Shown here: piece by piece, positions 1-12,632 of the stretch
Layout: every line of letters begins with the position of its first letter
How positions within the stretch are numbered: position 1 is the first letter of the stretch
DNA from: Octopus vulgaris
Lineage: Eukaryota
Length of the DNA: 64,000 nucleotides
Assembly: GCA_951406725.2 (NCBI GenBank)
Contig: OX597819.1
Location: 122,946,001 to 123,010,000, forward strand
Direction: 5' to 3'
Translations under genes and position numbers: made by a program
The notes under the pieces: model-generated
Told to the model about the DNA's origin: nothing
Seen by the model: the letters and a program-made list of their open reading frames with translations, nothing else
Databases searched by the model: none

Positions 1-391
1 TCAGCATCTTAGTGTCTTGCCTCTTTAACAGGTAATTAACATCATAATATAAAGCCTATCCCTACCCAGCATCTTTTTTATAGACAGTTACTGCTATCAA
101 ATTGACTCTTCTTAATGTCTTATTTCCTTTCTCTTGGGGAAAAGGGATAAATATGATAATATTTATGACCTTACCTAGCTATGAGCTGTCAACACACTTT
201 TATTCTTTATCGAAAGAGACAGTTTTCTAGTCTCAGATTTAATAGATGATAAAGAGATAAATAAATTAGAGATGAATTACAACCCTTACGACCCCCACTA
301 TGCTCCATGCGATTCTAAGAAAGTGCAGTCTCTTCTTAGAAACTTTGCAACAATAGCGACAAAATGAATTTCTTCCATCATTCTTATTCAG

Positions 392-620
392 TTTTACTCT
401 TTTACTCTTTTACTTCTTTCAGTCATTTGACTGTGGCCATGCTGGAGCACCACCTTTAGTCGAGCAAATCGACCCCATCACTTATTCTTTGTAAACCTAG
501 TACTTATTCTATCAGTATCTTTTGCTGAACCGCTAAGTTACGAGGACGTAAACACACCAGCAGTGGTTGTAAAGCGATGTTGGGGGGACAAACACAGACA
601 TACAAACATACATACATGCA
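392..620 (-). mobile_element. SINE family A, 5'-truncated copy
   Basis: Matches the 3' half of the full copies and ends in a (GAGTAAAA)n tail on the minus strand. Confidence 0.85.
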
Positions 621-635
621 TATATATACTTTTCT

Positions 636-1038
636 TTTTTACTTGTTTCAGGCATTTGACTGCGGCCATGCTGGAGCACCGCCTTTAGTCGAGCAAATCG
701 ACCCCGGGACTTATTCATTGTAAGCCCAGTACTTATTCTATCGGTCTCTTTTGCCGAACCGCTAAGTGACGGGGACGTAAACACACCAGCATCGGTTGCC
801 AAGCAATGCTAGGGGGACAAACACAGACACACAAACGCACACACACATACATATATATATGTATACATATATACGACAGGCTTCTTTCAGTTTCCGTCTA
901 CCAAATCCACTCACAAGGCATTGGTCGGCCCGGGGCTATAGCAAAAGACACTTGCCCAAGATGCCACGCAGTGGGACTGAGCCCGGAACCATGTAGTTTG
1001 TTAGCAAGCTACTTACCACACAGCCACTCATACTCCTA
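636..1038 (-). mobile_element. SINE family A (tRNA-derived, CORE-like, internal microsatellite), full length
   Basis: Minus-strand head with A box TGGCTGTGTGG and B-box-like GGCTCAGTCCC, CORE-like CTTGGGCAAGTG, internal (TA/TG)n and the shared 3' tail. Confidence 0.9.
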
Positions 1039-1099
1039 TAAAATATTTAAGAAAAATCATATCAATGTATCCTACTTGTTAAAATATTCTTTATTTTAT

Positions 1100-1183
1100 G
1101 CAGCTGATGATAGCATTGCATTTAAATTCATGCAATGATTGCATAGTTCACCTAAAAGAAGCCGGTTGATACGGTCGTACTGT
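1100..1183 (+). ncRNA. Degenerate type I hammerhead ribozyme
   Basis: GCAG-CTGATGA...GATAC-GGTC-GTA-CTGT. Stem I is intact but GAAAC is mutated to GATAC. It is followed by TTGCTTATTTTGAT, also seen near 46330 and 60096. Confidence 0.6.
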
Positions 1184-1214
1184 ATTACTACTTGATATCA
1201 TGTTGCTTATTTTG

Positions 1215-1287
<73 letters not shown>

Positions 1288-4099
1288 CGTTTTTGTGTGT
1301 GTGTATGTTTGTGTGTGTGTGTGTATATAAGTATGTATGTACATATATACATATATATGCACATATATATATAGATATATAGATATATATATGTATATAT
1401 ATATGTATGTATATATATATATATAATGTTTCATGCAGGAAAACTGTACACGAGACCTTTGTGGTGGTGGTGGTGGTGGTAGGGTGGGAAGCAAGCTTCT
1501 TACCACACACCCACGAGAAAATACATCAAACATAATTGCTGAAAATTCATAGGGGGTACATTTTTCATTTCGTTTCATTCGGCACTCCTTTTGATGAGTA
1601 GATCCCTTTTTAACATGCACTGGTGTGCAGAAAACGCCTGCGTGATGTATTCGCTACTGATTCCAAAAAGAAAAAGAATAACAACAAGAAAAAACAAGAC
1701 GAACACTTCGAAGATGTTATTGCTTAACTCATTATAATACAATTCTAATTCTAAGAAAATGGTAAAGTGATGGGTTTGGAGAATATCAAATCAATTGAGT
1801 ACGAAAATAATGAAGAATCGAAAATGACACTTCAAAGGCGACAATCTGTCTCATTTGTTTTCAATGATTCGCCAACTAAGATGTAAGGGAAACAGATATA
1901 AAAAACGAAAAGCACAAGTCATCAAATAGAAGGAAAATGTATGTAGAAAAGAGGTACCCGTAGCATTTCGGTAAACAGAGTAGATAATATACGGAATAAT
2001 AGAATTGCTTCTTTAAAATGAAGTAAAACAGTAAAGATAGTCACTAAAAACGGGAACCAAAATATTCTTGCTGTGCTGTTTCCAGCAAAATTACATTGAG
2101 CAGAAAGAAACCAATATGGGAGAGATAATAAGCAAAAGCGAAAAGAAAAAAAGGTTTTAGAATAGAATGCTTGATTAGAAGAGCTGCCAAATACATTGCA
2201 ATTGCAGATTGTGCAGTTAGCATCAGAAAACTTTAGGCAATCAAATCTTTTGATAGTCAGTTTTTGCCAAATAAATATTGTAAATGATATGATAGCATAG
2301 GCGTTTTGTGGTTGTAATTGTTCCTGTCAATGCAGTTATCGAAGTTGTTGCTGCAATGATCATTGCTGTTGTTGTAGCTGTTGCTGTTATTTTTGTTCTT
2401 TATATTATTGTTGGTGATAATATAAAGATAAGAGACGAACGAATAGACTTATGATCAAGTGCCTTCCAATTGAGACTATCCAGTATTTTATTTCAGATAT
2501 ATTGTGTAAAAGTTTCATTATCCAATGTACTCTCCCTTTTATAAAACGCTAGACAATTATCCGGTGGGATTTAGCTGTTATTTCTAGGAGGTAGATCGAC
2601 CGCATGTAAGATCCATTATTGACTTGGAAATAGGTGTCCTTAGTATGACTTTACTGCATCCGGTGGTGGGAGCACTGGTTCGAAAATTTCCAAGGTCTTG
2701 AGGCGTGTGAAATGTTCTCGGGCCCACTGTAATCAGGACTCCAACAATAGATTATTTAGTATGTCACGGAATTGATTCTGGAAGAAAGTCATTCACAGAC
2801 ACCTCAACGGACCCAGGGTTGATGAGGCCCTTCAGGTTTTTAGTTGCTCATTTAAGAGAAGTTACACCCATATGGATACTGATATTTACTTGATATGGAT
2901 ACTGATATGGATCTTGATATTTTCTGTGCCCATGGTAGTTGTTCCACTCATACCAGTACAAATTGAAAGGCGAGACAATGGACCTGCGTTAGCAAAATTC
3001 ATCACCCCTGCTTCTATCTGAGATAGTTTATCGAGCGTTTAAGAAAGACTAAGGGAGTAAAACACTGCAAGATATCCAGCGGGAGTGACCCTAAGTCAAT
3101 ACCTGGTACTAACTGTGGCTCCATAGATGCTGCGAACGTATCCACTTGCTTTTCTTTTGTGGTGTATCTACGAGTAGTGAGGCAGCAAATGTATTTAAGG
3201 TTAGGCATTTGCTTTCGGTAAACGACCAAGCAGAGAAGAGACGGTAAAGTTATTGAGTCTTAGATACAGGCGACCAACAAGAAAAAAAACAGCCAATCAA
3301 ACAACCTTATGGAACCTGAGTTATAAATAAAGATGTATTACCAATCAGACAGTGTAGATCTGTCATGTGCAACCTTCGGCCCGCGGGAGTATCTGAATGT
3401 CACATCTAAAGAAAAATTACCTTGAAGGTTTTAGTAGTATGGCTAACCAGATGAATAACTGTGTCTCATACGGCCTGTTTCACAAAATATGTTTAGATTG
3501 CATTATAATATTGCTAACGAAATCAAGTCTGCCCCTTTGAAAAACTATGAAATGCACTACCATGACAGTGAAACGACAAATGTTTCTGATATTGGTACAA
3601 GGTGATACATTTAAAGACGATATTTTTTTGCTGAATAAAGCCACATTATTTCACTTATTTTATTGATGGAGTAATGAGGGATACCACAAATGTCATACCA
3701 CAAATGTCATATAAAGCTGCGTCGGCTGCGGGGTCATTCCGAAAAGCTCTATCTGCGACGATTTCATCTCAATCGAAGGAGAGGGGCTTTCTCCGTCCGT
3801 TCAAAGTCTCCCTTGACCTCAAGTGGCCTGAACTCTTTACATGAACACCACCCTGTACATAACTCCATGTCCTCCTACATGGCCTCGCTTTTTGCTTTTT
3901 GAGCCCAAAAATTAACTAATTAACTAACTAACTAAAGCATTTTGCCGGTGCATTTTCAGTGCTGCTATCCATTGCTTTTTATTTATGGAAATAATAATGG
4001 TGATGTTGAAGTTTTGCTGTTTTGAGAAAGAAGAAACCTATGGCATTTATGGATCTGTCACTGAACTTGATAGCGTAAATGAACTGAAATAATAACAAC

Positions 4100-4850
4100 C
4101 AAGAATAGATAGAAGATTGCGAACACTGTGTTGCAGAAGTCAACTGTTATATATTTATACTAGGAATTCTCAATTCTATACAAGATACACAAAACAACAA
4201 AAACAGTAACAAAAAAAATAGATTTGGTAGTGAATTACACACGTGGTTCCATTCTCATAGCCACATATGGAGTTTGAAACCCAACGCAATATCACACACG
4301 ATTAAGTGGAAAATAATAGAAAAATCCACACTTTATGTTAATGGATCAAATAAATGTAAGCTAAGGTTAGCTGAGAAAGCTCAGATCCTTTGCAGATCTA
4401 AAATCTCTAACTCACTACTGAAACCTCGGTCTGAAATTTTCAGCGGCTGTAAACATATGTCTAAGTTTCTTTTGAAGAACTGGAAAATTCTGCCTATACC
4501 AGATTAATTTGTCGCTATTTTTCCCAGCCTTATAATTTAAGATAAAGGGAGATAAATCTTTGAATACCTTCACTTATTTCTGATTTCTTTTTTCGATTCT
4601 CTGTTTTTATACCTTCCACGTTTTCTATATGCTTACTTCTTGACATTTCCCGTTTCTTCTCTCATTCAACTTTTAGTTTCTTATGCTATGTTGTTTGTGT
4701 CTGAAGATTGTGCTATGTTACACATGTTATAATTCATTATTTGGCATTTTCTCAGCGCAAGAAACTATTTGTAGCACATGAAAACGTATTGTGTTTATCA
4801 AATAATATTTATCTCTCACCACATGGAGAACTTTCGGGGAACAGTAGATT
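4100..4850 (+). mobile_element. Penelope-like element 3' remnant (GIY-YIG C-terminus plus pLTR-like 3' region)
   Basis: ORF 4274-4507 reads IKWKIIEKS..Y.NGSNKCKL.LAEK..IL...LL..RSEIFSGCKH.SKFLL, typical of the Penelope C-terminus. A hammerhead motif lies downstream. Boundaries are approximate. Confidence 0.8.
4696..4778 (+). ncRNA. Type I hammerhead ribozyme, complete core
   Basis: Stem I TGTGT/GCACA, core CTGAAGA (4701-4707), stem II TTGTGCT/AGCGCAA, GAAAC (4761-4765), short stem III AC-TATTT-GT and a GUA triplet. Predicted cleavage after 4773. Confidence 0.85.
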
Positions 4851-4856
4851 ATATAT

Positions 4857-4887
<31 letters not shown>

Positions 4888-6429
4888 CATGTATATAATG
4901 ACTGTTTGTATAAATGAGTATACACTCTGTATCTAAAATCGTTCATACTTAATCAGTTGTATGGCTGCAATTAGAAAAGCTACTTGATTAGCTTAGCTGA
5001 ATCTCACATGAATCATACTACATATGATATATATCATTATGTTTAGCACCTCCTAAGCACGTGTTTTTCTTGTGTGCGAGATGGGAATCAGAAATCATTG
5101 TAATAAAGAAGTATCTTTCTCTTTGACGCATACAAATTGTATCAATCCCCTTCGTAGCTGCTAGCTATACTTTTATAGTTTATAGAGTTTACGATCGTTA
5201 TTAATAACTCACTCTATATCAGCATTGCAAACATCTGCAGACTACACATATATACATATATGCGTACACACACACACACACACAATGTATGTATTGATAT
5301 AGGCATATATGTATGGACTGTATATAACCATGTGTTGATTAACGAATTCCAGGTGTCACGTAAGGTAAGAGAATACTTGAATGCTTTGGTGATATGAATT
5401 CGAACCCTGCCATGAATCTCTCCGAATATTGATGGCATCGTAGATTATATGAGTTAAACCAAAATTATATGGTAAAAGTGAAACAATATCGATATTATTA
5501 TATAATACTGGTCAACAAATTTGAAACATGTTTCAAACACGTTTCTTAACGATTCTCGGAATAGTCGCCATATACACTTGTTTCATTTACTTAGTGTAGG
5601 ATGATTGAAAGTTATTGAAGCGGAATCTTTATTTACCGCCCGGTATTTGTTGGTGCTTTTACTTAAATCAAAACACGAATCTCCTTGTCCGTTCTGAACT
5701 CAATTACTAAACCAATTATCTTGTATATTTCATTCCGGGGATTTTCACAAACTCAAGTGCAATTTCAAGAACGGTAATTATGAGATGTTTGTCGGAAACT
5801 CAAATACCCTAGCTTTCAGTTTATTTGGTTATCTTTGCATGAAGCATAATATGAATATTTAAAACCAAATTTGTTATTTTACATCTGAAGCAGTGTAGCA
5901 TTACGATGTATTACAGTATTGAAGAAACTCAACTCAGTAGTATTATTTATCGTTTCTAGATTGTAGTTTTCTCTTATTAGCTTCGTTTATTGTCTTCTTA
6001 ATTAAATAACAACGCCTTGTTGAAGTTAATGCCGTCCTATAGATCCCATTTATCTCGGACCTCAAAAGCATCTAACTCTTATTTAACGTAACGTATACCA
6101 CATATATTCCTTGCGTAACGTATACCACATATATTCCTACATACTTGAATTTTAGTAATCATATAACCATAGTTTTACAGTCATCACAGCTATAAAAGCA
6201 CTGGCATGAACATTAACTCACACCGCAAAATGTCCCTAGCTATCAGAGCTATATAACGAACATTATCAAGGACGAACAAAACACCCCCCGTCCAATGGGC
6301 GGTGCCGAGTTGTCAAACATTTAAACCAAATTTTCCCAAAACAACTTGTCCAACCGTCCCATAGGCCTCCCCTTTGAGAAACACTGATTTAACCTAAATT
6401 TGAGACACCAGCAAAGGAAGAGATAAAGA

Positions 6430-6828
6430 TAGTTTTTTCTTTTCTAAAGAAAAACGATTTTATTCACACAAATATGCAACCGAAGAGTTTAAAGTATCAG
6501 TAATGATAAGGCTGTTGACTGGGAGAACACAATCGTGGTTTAAACAGTAAGCTTGGCAGGAAAGAAACGTGCCTTTAAGCAGTACAAAAACAACAAAAAA
6601 TGGAAGGTGCACTTATGTACAGGTTGACGGAAGAAAAGCAGGAGAAAAACGGCTTTATCGATCGCATTCTTACATGGAATCGATTTTTGTAATTTTTCCA
6701 AGATTTATACACGCCCCGATACCGTCGGTATCTACATATCAAATTTGAGCGCAATCGGATGGAGGATGCCCGAGATCCTAGAAGACACACACATACACAC
6801 ACACAGAACGGAGTTTATATAAGAGATT
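6430..6828 (-). mobile_element. Probable non-autonomous Helitron-like element, 5' part
   Basis: Minus strand begins ATCTCTTATATAAA, then (TG)n and CCGATTGCGCTCAAATTTG, resembling Helitron-derived non-autonomous 5' ends. The 3' end was not located. Confidence 0.45.
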
Positions 6829-6908
6829 AACTAAGCAGAGCCGGTCGTGCTTTGAATTAAGGAAGTGAAAGTTTCAATTCTTATATATCTATACTAAACT
6901 GTTCCTCA

Positions 6909-7132
6909 TTTACTCTTTTACTCTTTTACTTGTTTCAGTCATTTGACTGCGGCCATGCTGGAGCACCGCCTTTAGTCGAACAAATCGACCCCGGGACTCA
7001 TTCTTTGTAAGCCCAGTACTTATTCTATCGGACTCTTTTTGCCGAACCGCTAAGTGACGGGGACGTAAACACACCAGCATCGGTTGTCAAGCAATGCTAG
7101 GGGGACAAACACAGACACACAAACACACACAT

Positions 7133-7195
<63 letters not shown>

Positions 7196-7363
7196 TATAC
7201 GACAGGCTTCTTTCAGTTTCCGTCTACCAAATCCACTCACAAGGCATTGGTCGGCCCGGGGCTATAGCAGAAGACACTTGCCCAAGGTGCCACGCAGTGG
7301 GACTGAACCCGGAACCATGAGGTTGGTTAGCAAATTACTTACCACACAGCCACTCCTGCGCCT
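6909..7363 (-). mobile_element. SINE family A, full length
   Basis: Near-identical to the copies at 51374-51840 and 60224-60647. Confidence 0.92.
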
Positions 7364-7513
7364 CCTGTGCATTTGTTTAATTATTCAACAAAGTGAAATA
7401 AGCTCATTGAGCAGTGATAGTCAAGGGAAAGCAAATTAGATAAAACGGTCTTAATTTGAAGAATAAAACAATTTAATTTCAAAAACTATGTTTAGTAATG
7501 TTTCTTTAAATGC

Positions 7514-7660
7514 TCTCGGTGTCGGGGGTTGACCTGCTTTCTCTTCTGCGGGTCTTACGAATAGCAAATGACCATCTTGCGATGGTCATTCTCCCATCTT
7601 GCGAGCTCTGGGACGAAGACCGTTTGCTCAGCAGCAACAGCAACAGCAACAGCTGCAACA
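7514..7660 (+). mobile_element. 5'-truncated retroposon matching SINE C tail type 2
   Basis: CTCTCGGTGTCGGGGGTTGACCTGCTTTCTCTTCTGCGGGTCTTACGAATAGCAAA is shared with 31533-31915. Ends in an (AACAGC)n tail. Confidence 0.8.
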
Positions 7661-8423
7661 ACAATAACTAAAATAACACCAGTGTTAACAACAACAAAAT
7701 CTTTAAAGTTTATTATTAGAGGTTCTCAATTCAGTAAGAGACGTCTATGTATCGGTGCCACAATAGACTGGAGTTAAGAACCTGAGATGTAACTAACGAA
7801 CGAAGATGTCATTGTACGCTCGCTCGCTCGAGCTGCCTAACTTGCAGTTAAATTCTATTCTGCTATTTCAGAAAAAGGACAAAATCGATAATGTAGTCCT
7901 AGATACACTATACTTGATAAAGAAAAAGAAATCAGACATAATAGACATGATTAAAATTCTATTGACCGTAGATGGGGTCGCAAAACGCAACAATATAAAA
8001 AGAGAGAATTTAGCAAGATGAATGAGAAATGTATCAGAACTGAACGATTTACTTATCTAATGAATTTTTGCATTGGTCTCAGGCTACTCATTTATAGAGA
8101 GGGAAGATGGCCTGGATAATTGAATCTAACTGCAATGAAATATTGGTACGTATTCTACCGAGCACGGAGGGAGAAAATGCCAAATCAATCGAACAGGATT
8201 TGGACACAATCTAAAGGATTAAATATATAATTAGATATTCCTGCTCCTGAATGGTTGCATTCTTTGAATATTGAAAGATAATGAAAATACAGTTGCTTTT
8301 ACCATTTTATCCGCCTTACTTTTCTGTTAAAGAGTAGCTTATCCTTCGTCTGGCCATTTCATAAATTAAGATCTACGTATGTCTCCTCAAAGAGCAATAC
8401 AGTTTAACAAAAAAATGCAGAGA

Positions 8424-8466
<43 letters not shown>

Positions 8467-8725
8467 ACACATATAGACACATGCAGGCGCGGGCACACAC
8501 ATGTACAAGCACACAGAAAACGTCGCGCTGCAAATATGCGTGTAGCCATAAGATGCTTTCACAAGAACAGCGACCTATTACACTTGTTTCTTCTTTCATT
8601 GATTGTAGGCTTTCAACTGCGGCCATGCACCCTGGGTGTAAAAGGACTTAACCAGACCAAAAGGAAATATCAGAAGGTAATATTTCATACGTAACTTCTT
8701 CGCTTCGATTCCGATATATGCACGG

Positions 8726-8812
<87 letters not shown>

Positions 8813-8839
8813 CATACATACATATATATATAGACATAC

Positions 8840-8888
<49 letters not shown>

Positions 8889-8929
8889 CATACATATATA
8901 TATATATACACATATATACATATATATAA

Positions 8930-9006
<77 letters not shown>

Positions 9007-9245
9007 CATATATATAAGCACACACACATATATATGTATATGCATATATACAAATATACATATACATATATGTATATCTATCTATCTATCTATATATATA
9101 TATATGTATATATATATATAAATATATATATGCATATACATATATCCGTATTAATAAAGGGTAAAATTAATTAATTAATAATTTTACCAAGTAGGTCGGT
9201 ATGTTAAAAGAACAATTATCGGTAAACTTGTACATAAAATTTCAC

Positions 9246-9438
9246 AATTATGAGTATAATTATAATTAGGTTTCAGCAAAAAATTTTCTTCACCACATAC
9301 CGAAATTTAGAAATAGCAGTTAAAACTAACTATTTCACTACCGTAAGAAATAGTTAGTCTTAACAGGTATTTATAAATTTCGGTATGTGGTGAAGCAAAT
9401 TTTTTTGCTGAAACCTAATTATAATTATACTCATAATT
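9246..9438. repeat. Long inverted repeat (about 91-bp arms, 10-nt loop)
   Basis: 9246-9336 is the near-exact reverse complement of 9347-9438. Confidence 0.9.
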
Positions 9439-11945
9439 ATATAATTTCTCTCCCAGGAATGACAAGATGTGAACGAGGACAGGCGAGGTCCCTCCTGAAC
9501 CTCATCAACACCCTGTACATGGAGCAAGTAATACTCCAACCAACCAGAGCAGGTAACACACTGGATCTCTGCTTCACAAATAATATGGATCTCATCCATA
9601 ATGTGAAAGTGACACCGACACTACTCTCGGATCACAACACGGTAGAGCTGACCATGTACGGGCCAAAAGAGAGCACGGACATGCAGCCTACAAGAAACCC
9701 TCATAATCTTTCCAGCTTGAACTTCCATAAGGCAAACTGGAAACAAATTGAGAAAGAGATCCTCAAACAAAACTGGCCTGAATGTCTCTCCTCGCCGGAC
9801 ATCGACATGACACTTCAACAATTCATGTCTGTAATGCAAGCCATATGCTACAAATGTGTCCCAGAGAGAAAGGCCACTGTACACAAGAACAAAATCCCTA
9901 GAGAGAGGAAAAAAAAAAAAATTTTAATGAGACGGCGTACAAAAATTTCAAATCGCCTAAACAAACAAATTGAAAGCAGTGAAAAGTCCCGCCTGAAAAT
10001 AAAACTGTTAGAAATTGAAAATTGTCTGCAACTCTCCAATGAGAAGGAGAGAGCAGACAAAGAAGCCTGGGCTATAGACAACATAAAAACTAACCCCAGA
10101 GCTTTCTACAGGTATGCCAAAGAAACAGCTACGGTGCACTGTAGGATAGGGCCACTCCTTGAAAAGGATGGCACACTCACAGGAAAACCAATGAGGGTAA
10201 GTGAAATACTGAATGAACAATTCAAGAGTGATTTCACCCCACCCCTTGGGCATTTCCAAATCAGCAATCCAACTGACTTCTTTACCACTGCAGATATAGA
10301 ATCAGAGGCGGCGACGATAAATTACATCGATATAAAGGAAGACGATGTAATAAAGGCTATAGATGAAATGAAAACAGACTCAGCTATTGGCCCCGATGGA
10401 TTCCCGGCAATCCTCCTAAAAGTATGTAAGAGAGTCCTAGCAAGACCACTGCAGTTCCTCTTTCAGAGCTTCCTTGCAGCTGGCAAACTTCCAAGAAAAC
10501 TGAAGGAAGGTAAAATATGCCCTATTCATAAAGGAGGTAGCAGAGCGGAGGCCAAGAACTACAGACCTATCTCTCTGACCTCACACATCAGCAAGGTCAT
10601 GGAACGAATAGTTAGAAGGAAACTAATCACCTTCCTTGAAGAAAATGACTTGCTGCCTGACACCCAACATGGTTTCCGACCAGGAAGAAGCTGCTTAACT
10701 CAGCTCCTGCAGCACTATGACTGGGTGCTGAAACAACTGCTCAACCACTCAAATGTGGAAGTCATATATCTCGACTTCGCAAAGGCCTTCGATAAAGTCG
10801 ATCATGGAATGATATGTCACAAACTGCGTGATCTTGGCATAATTGGAAAACTAGGAGAATGGCTTCATGACTTTCTAAAGAATAGAAGTCAGGTGGTAGC
10901 AGCCAATGGGGCCACTTCCATTAGCACGCAAATTGTGAGCGGTGTTCCACAGGGCACTGTTTTGGGACCACTACTGTTCATAATGACCCTCTCAGACATG
11001 CCCTCAGCCACGCGGAGAGCCACGATCACAAGTTATGCAGATGATACAAAAGTTTCACAGGCAATACAGAACCCTGAAGACACTAAGCACCTGCAATGTG
11101 AGCTGGACGAAATATACAAGTGGGCTGAAAAGAATAGCATGCAGTTCAATGCTGAAAAGTTTCAAGCTTTATACTATCAGCATGCAAAACTGAATGCAAT
11201 ACCCAATGAATACACTGGACCCGGAGGGATTGCAATCCCAGAGGCACAATCAGTGCGTGACCTGGGTATTCACATGAGTGATGACGCGACCTTTCATGTA
11301 CATGTTGCTAAACTGACAATGAAATGCAGACGGCTGGCTGGATGGATTCTTAGAACCTTTAGAACAAGAGAACAAGAAACCATGATGGTCCTCTGGAAGA
11401 CACTTGTCCTAAGCCACTTTGACTATTGCTCTCAGCTATGGTCACCATCCAGTGTCAAGTTGATCACAGAACTTGAGGCGATCCAACGAAGCTACACGAA
11501 GAAGATAGCCTCTGTGCAGCATACGAGCTACTGGGAGAGACTCAAGAGATTAAAGCTCTATTCCCTGGAGCGTAGGCGAGAAAGATATGCCATAATATAT
11601 ATCTGGAAGATCCTGGAAGGTCTTGTCCCAGACTTTGGCATCGAGAGTCACACAAACGCCAGAACCGGACGCCACTGCGTAGTACCAAGGACTCCAAATT
11701 TGCCATCAAGGTGTAGGACAAGATATTGTGATAGCCTGGGCTTCAGAGGCCCACGGCTCTTCAATGTCCTCCCGAAGAACCTGAGGGACCTGCATGGTGT
11801 AGATGCGGATGTCTTTAAAGTAGGACTGGATCTCTTCCTGTCAGGTGTCCCGGATGAACCAACTTCACGGCAGGAGGTGCAGATGAGGGCAGCTGCATCG
11901 AACTCTCTCATGCATCAGATGGCGTTTGCTAAAAAGCATCCGTGA
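9387..11945 (+). CDS. LINE ORF2 fragment: C-terminus of APE endonuclease plus reverse transcriptase
   Basis: APE end motifs PTRAGNTLDL and SDHN. RT motifs NYRPISLTS, QHGFRPGRSC, YLDFAKAFD, GVPQGTVLGP and YADD. The first ~20 codons derive from the flanking palindrome, so this is not a native start. Confidence 0.9.
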   Translation: MVKQIFLLKPNYNYTHNYIISLPGMTRCERGQARSLLNLINTLYMEQVILQPTRAGNTLDLCFTNNMDLIHNVKVTPTLLSDHNTVELTMYGPKESTDMQPTRNPHNLSSLNFHKANWKQIEKEILKQNWPECLSSPDIDMTLQQFMSVMQAICYKCVPERKATVHKNKIPRERKKKKILMRRRTKISNRLNKQIESSEKSRLKIKLLEIENCLQLSNEKERADKEAWAIDNIKTNPRAFYRYAKETATVHCRIGPLLEKDGTLTGKPMRVSEILNEQFKSDFTPPLGHFQISNPTDFFTTADIESEAATINYIDIKEDDVIKAIDEMKTDSAIGPDGFPAILLKVCKRVLARPLQFLFQSFLAAGKLPRKLKEGKICPIHKGGSRAEAKNYRPISLTSHISKVMERIVRRKLITFLEENDLLPDTQHGFRPGRSCLTQLLQHYDWVLKQLLNHSNVEVIYLDFAKAFDKVDHGMICHKLRDLGIIGKLGEWLHDFLKNRSQVVAANGATSISTQIVSGVPQGTVLGPLLFIMTLSDMPSATRRATITSYADDTKVSQAIQNPEDTKHLQCELDEIYKWAEKNSMQFNAEKFQALYYQHAKLNAIPNEYTGPGGIAIPEAQSVRDLGIHMSDDATFHVHVAKLTMKCRRLAGWILRTFRTREQETMMVLWKTLVLSHFDYCSQLWSPSSVKLITELEAIQRSYTKKIASVQHTSYWERLKRLKLYSLERRRERYAIIYIWKILEGLVPDFGIESHTNARTGRHCVVPRTPNLPSRCRTRYCDSLGFRGPRLFNVLPKNLRDLHGVDADVFKVGLDLFLSGVPDEPTSRQEVQMRAAASNSLMHQMAFAKKHP

Positions 11946-12041
11946 GGTAAACCCGTGTGGCAAACCAAATGGCGGTGCCCCAGCATGGCCACAGCTCATT
12001 AGCTGAAACTGGAAAATCAAAATCAAAATCAAAATAAAAAT

Positions 12042-12045
<4 letters not shown>
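9445..12045 (+). mobile_element. CR1-group LINE, 5'-truncated, young
   Basis: Uninterrupted ORF2 fragment, a short 3' UTR with two hairpins and an (AAAATC)n tail at 12013-12045. Confidence 0.93.
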
Positions 12046-12117
<72 letters not shown>

Positions 12118-12308
12118 AATATATGATTATATATATACATATCTATATATGTATATATATATATACATTTTGATTTGAAAACCCCACTAGAATGGGAGAA
12201 AACGCTAATGATCTAAGTGATATGATATATATGTAAAAAATGTAATATATAAAGAAATATCTGTAAATATAAACCATCCGATCATCTGATTACCTCATTT
12301 CTTCTAAT

Positions 12309-12346
<38 letters not shown>

Positions 12347-12632
12347 CATGCACACACATATATATTCATATGTACACCCACAAACACACGTACATATATA
12401 GGCATGAATGTATGTATGTATGTTATTGTATTTTTCATTTCCGTGGAGTCAGTTGCCTTGGTACTCTGATTTTATGCCTGCAGTCTCACAACGTTTTTGG
12501 GCAGTTCACTTGTAACTTGACAGAAAACCACTTGCACCGAATGGTGGAAAAAAATTAGCGATGAATTGAGTCGATCAACATAAAAAATTAAACGGATGCA
12601 TGTGTGTATATATATATATATATTTTTATATA

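Noticed and set aside
533-1138. Recurrent short ORFs such as MSSNARGTNTDTQTH and MLGGQTQTHK
   Set aside because: Chance translations of SINE A copies.
2600-3250. Possible ancient RT remnant (DLR*QNSSPLL)
   Set aside because: Only one weak motif. Needs a profile search.
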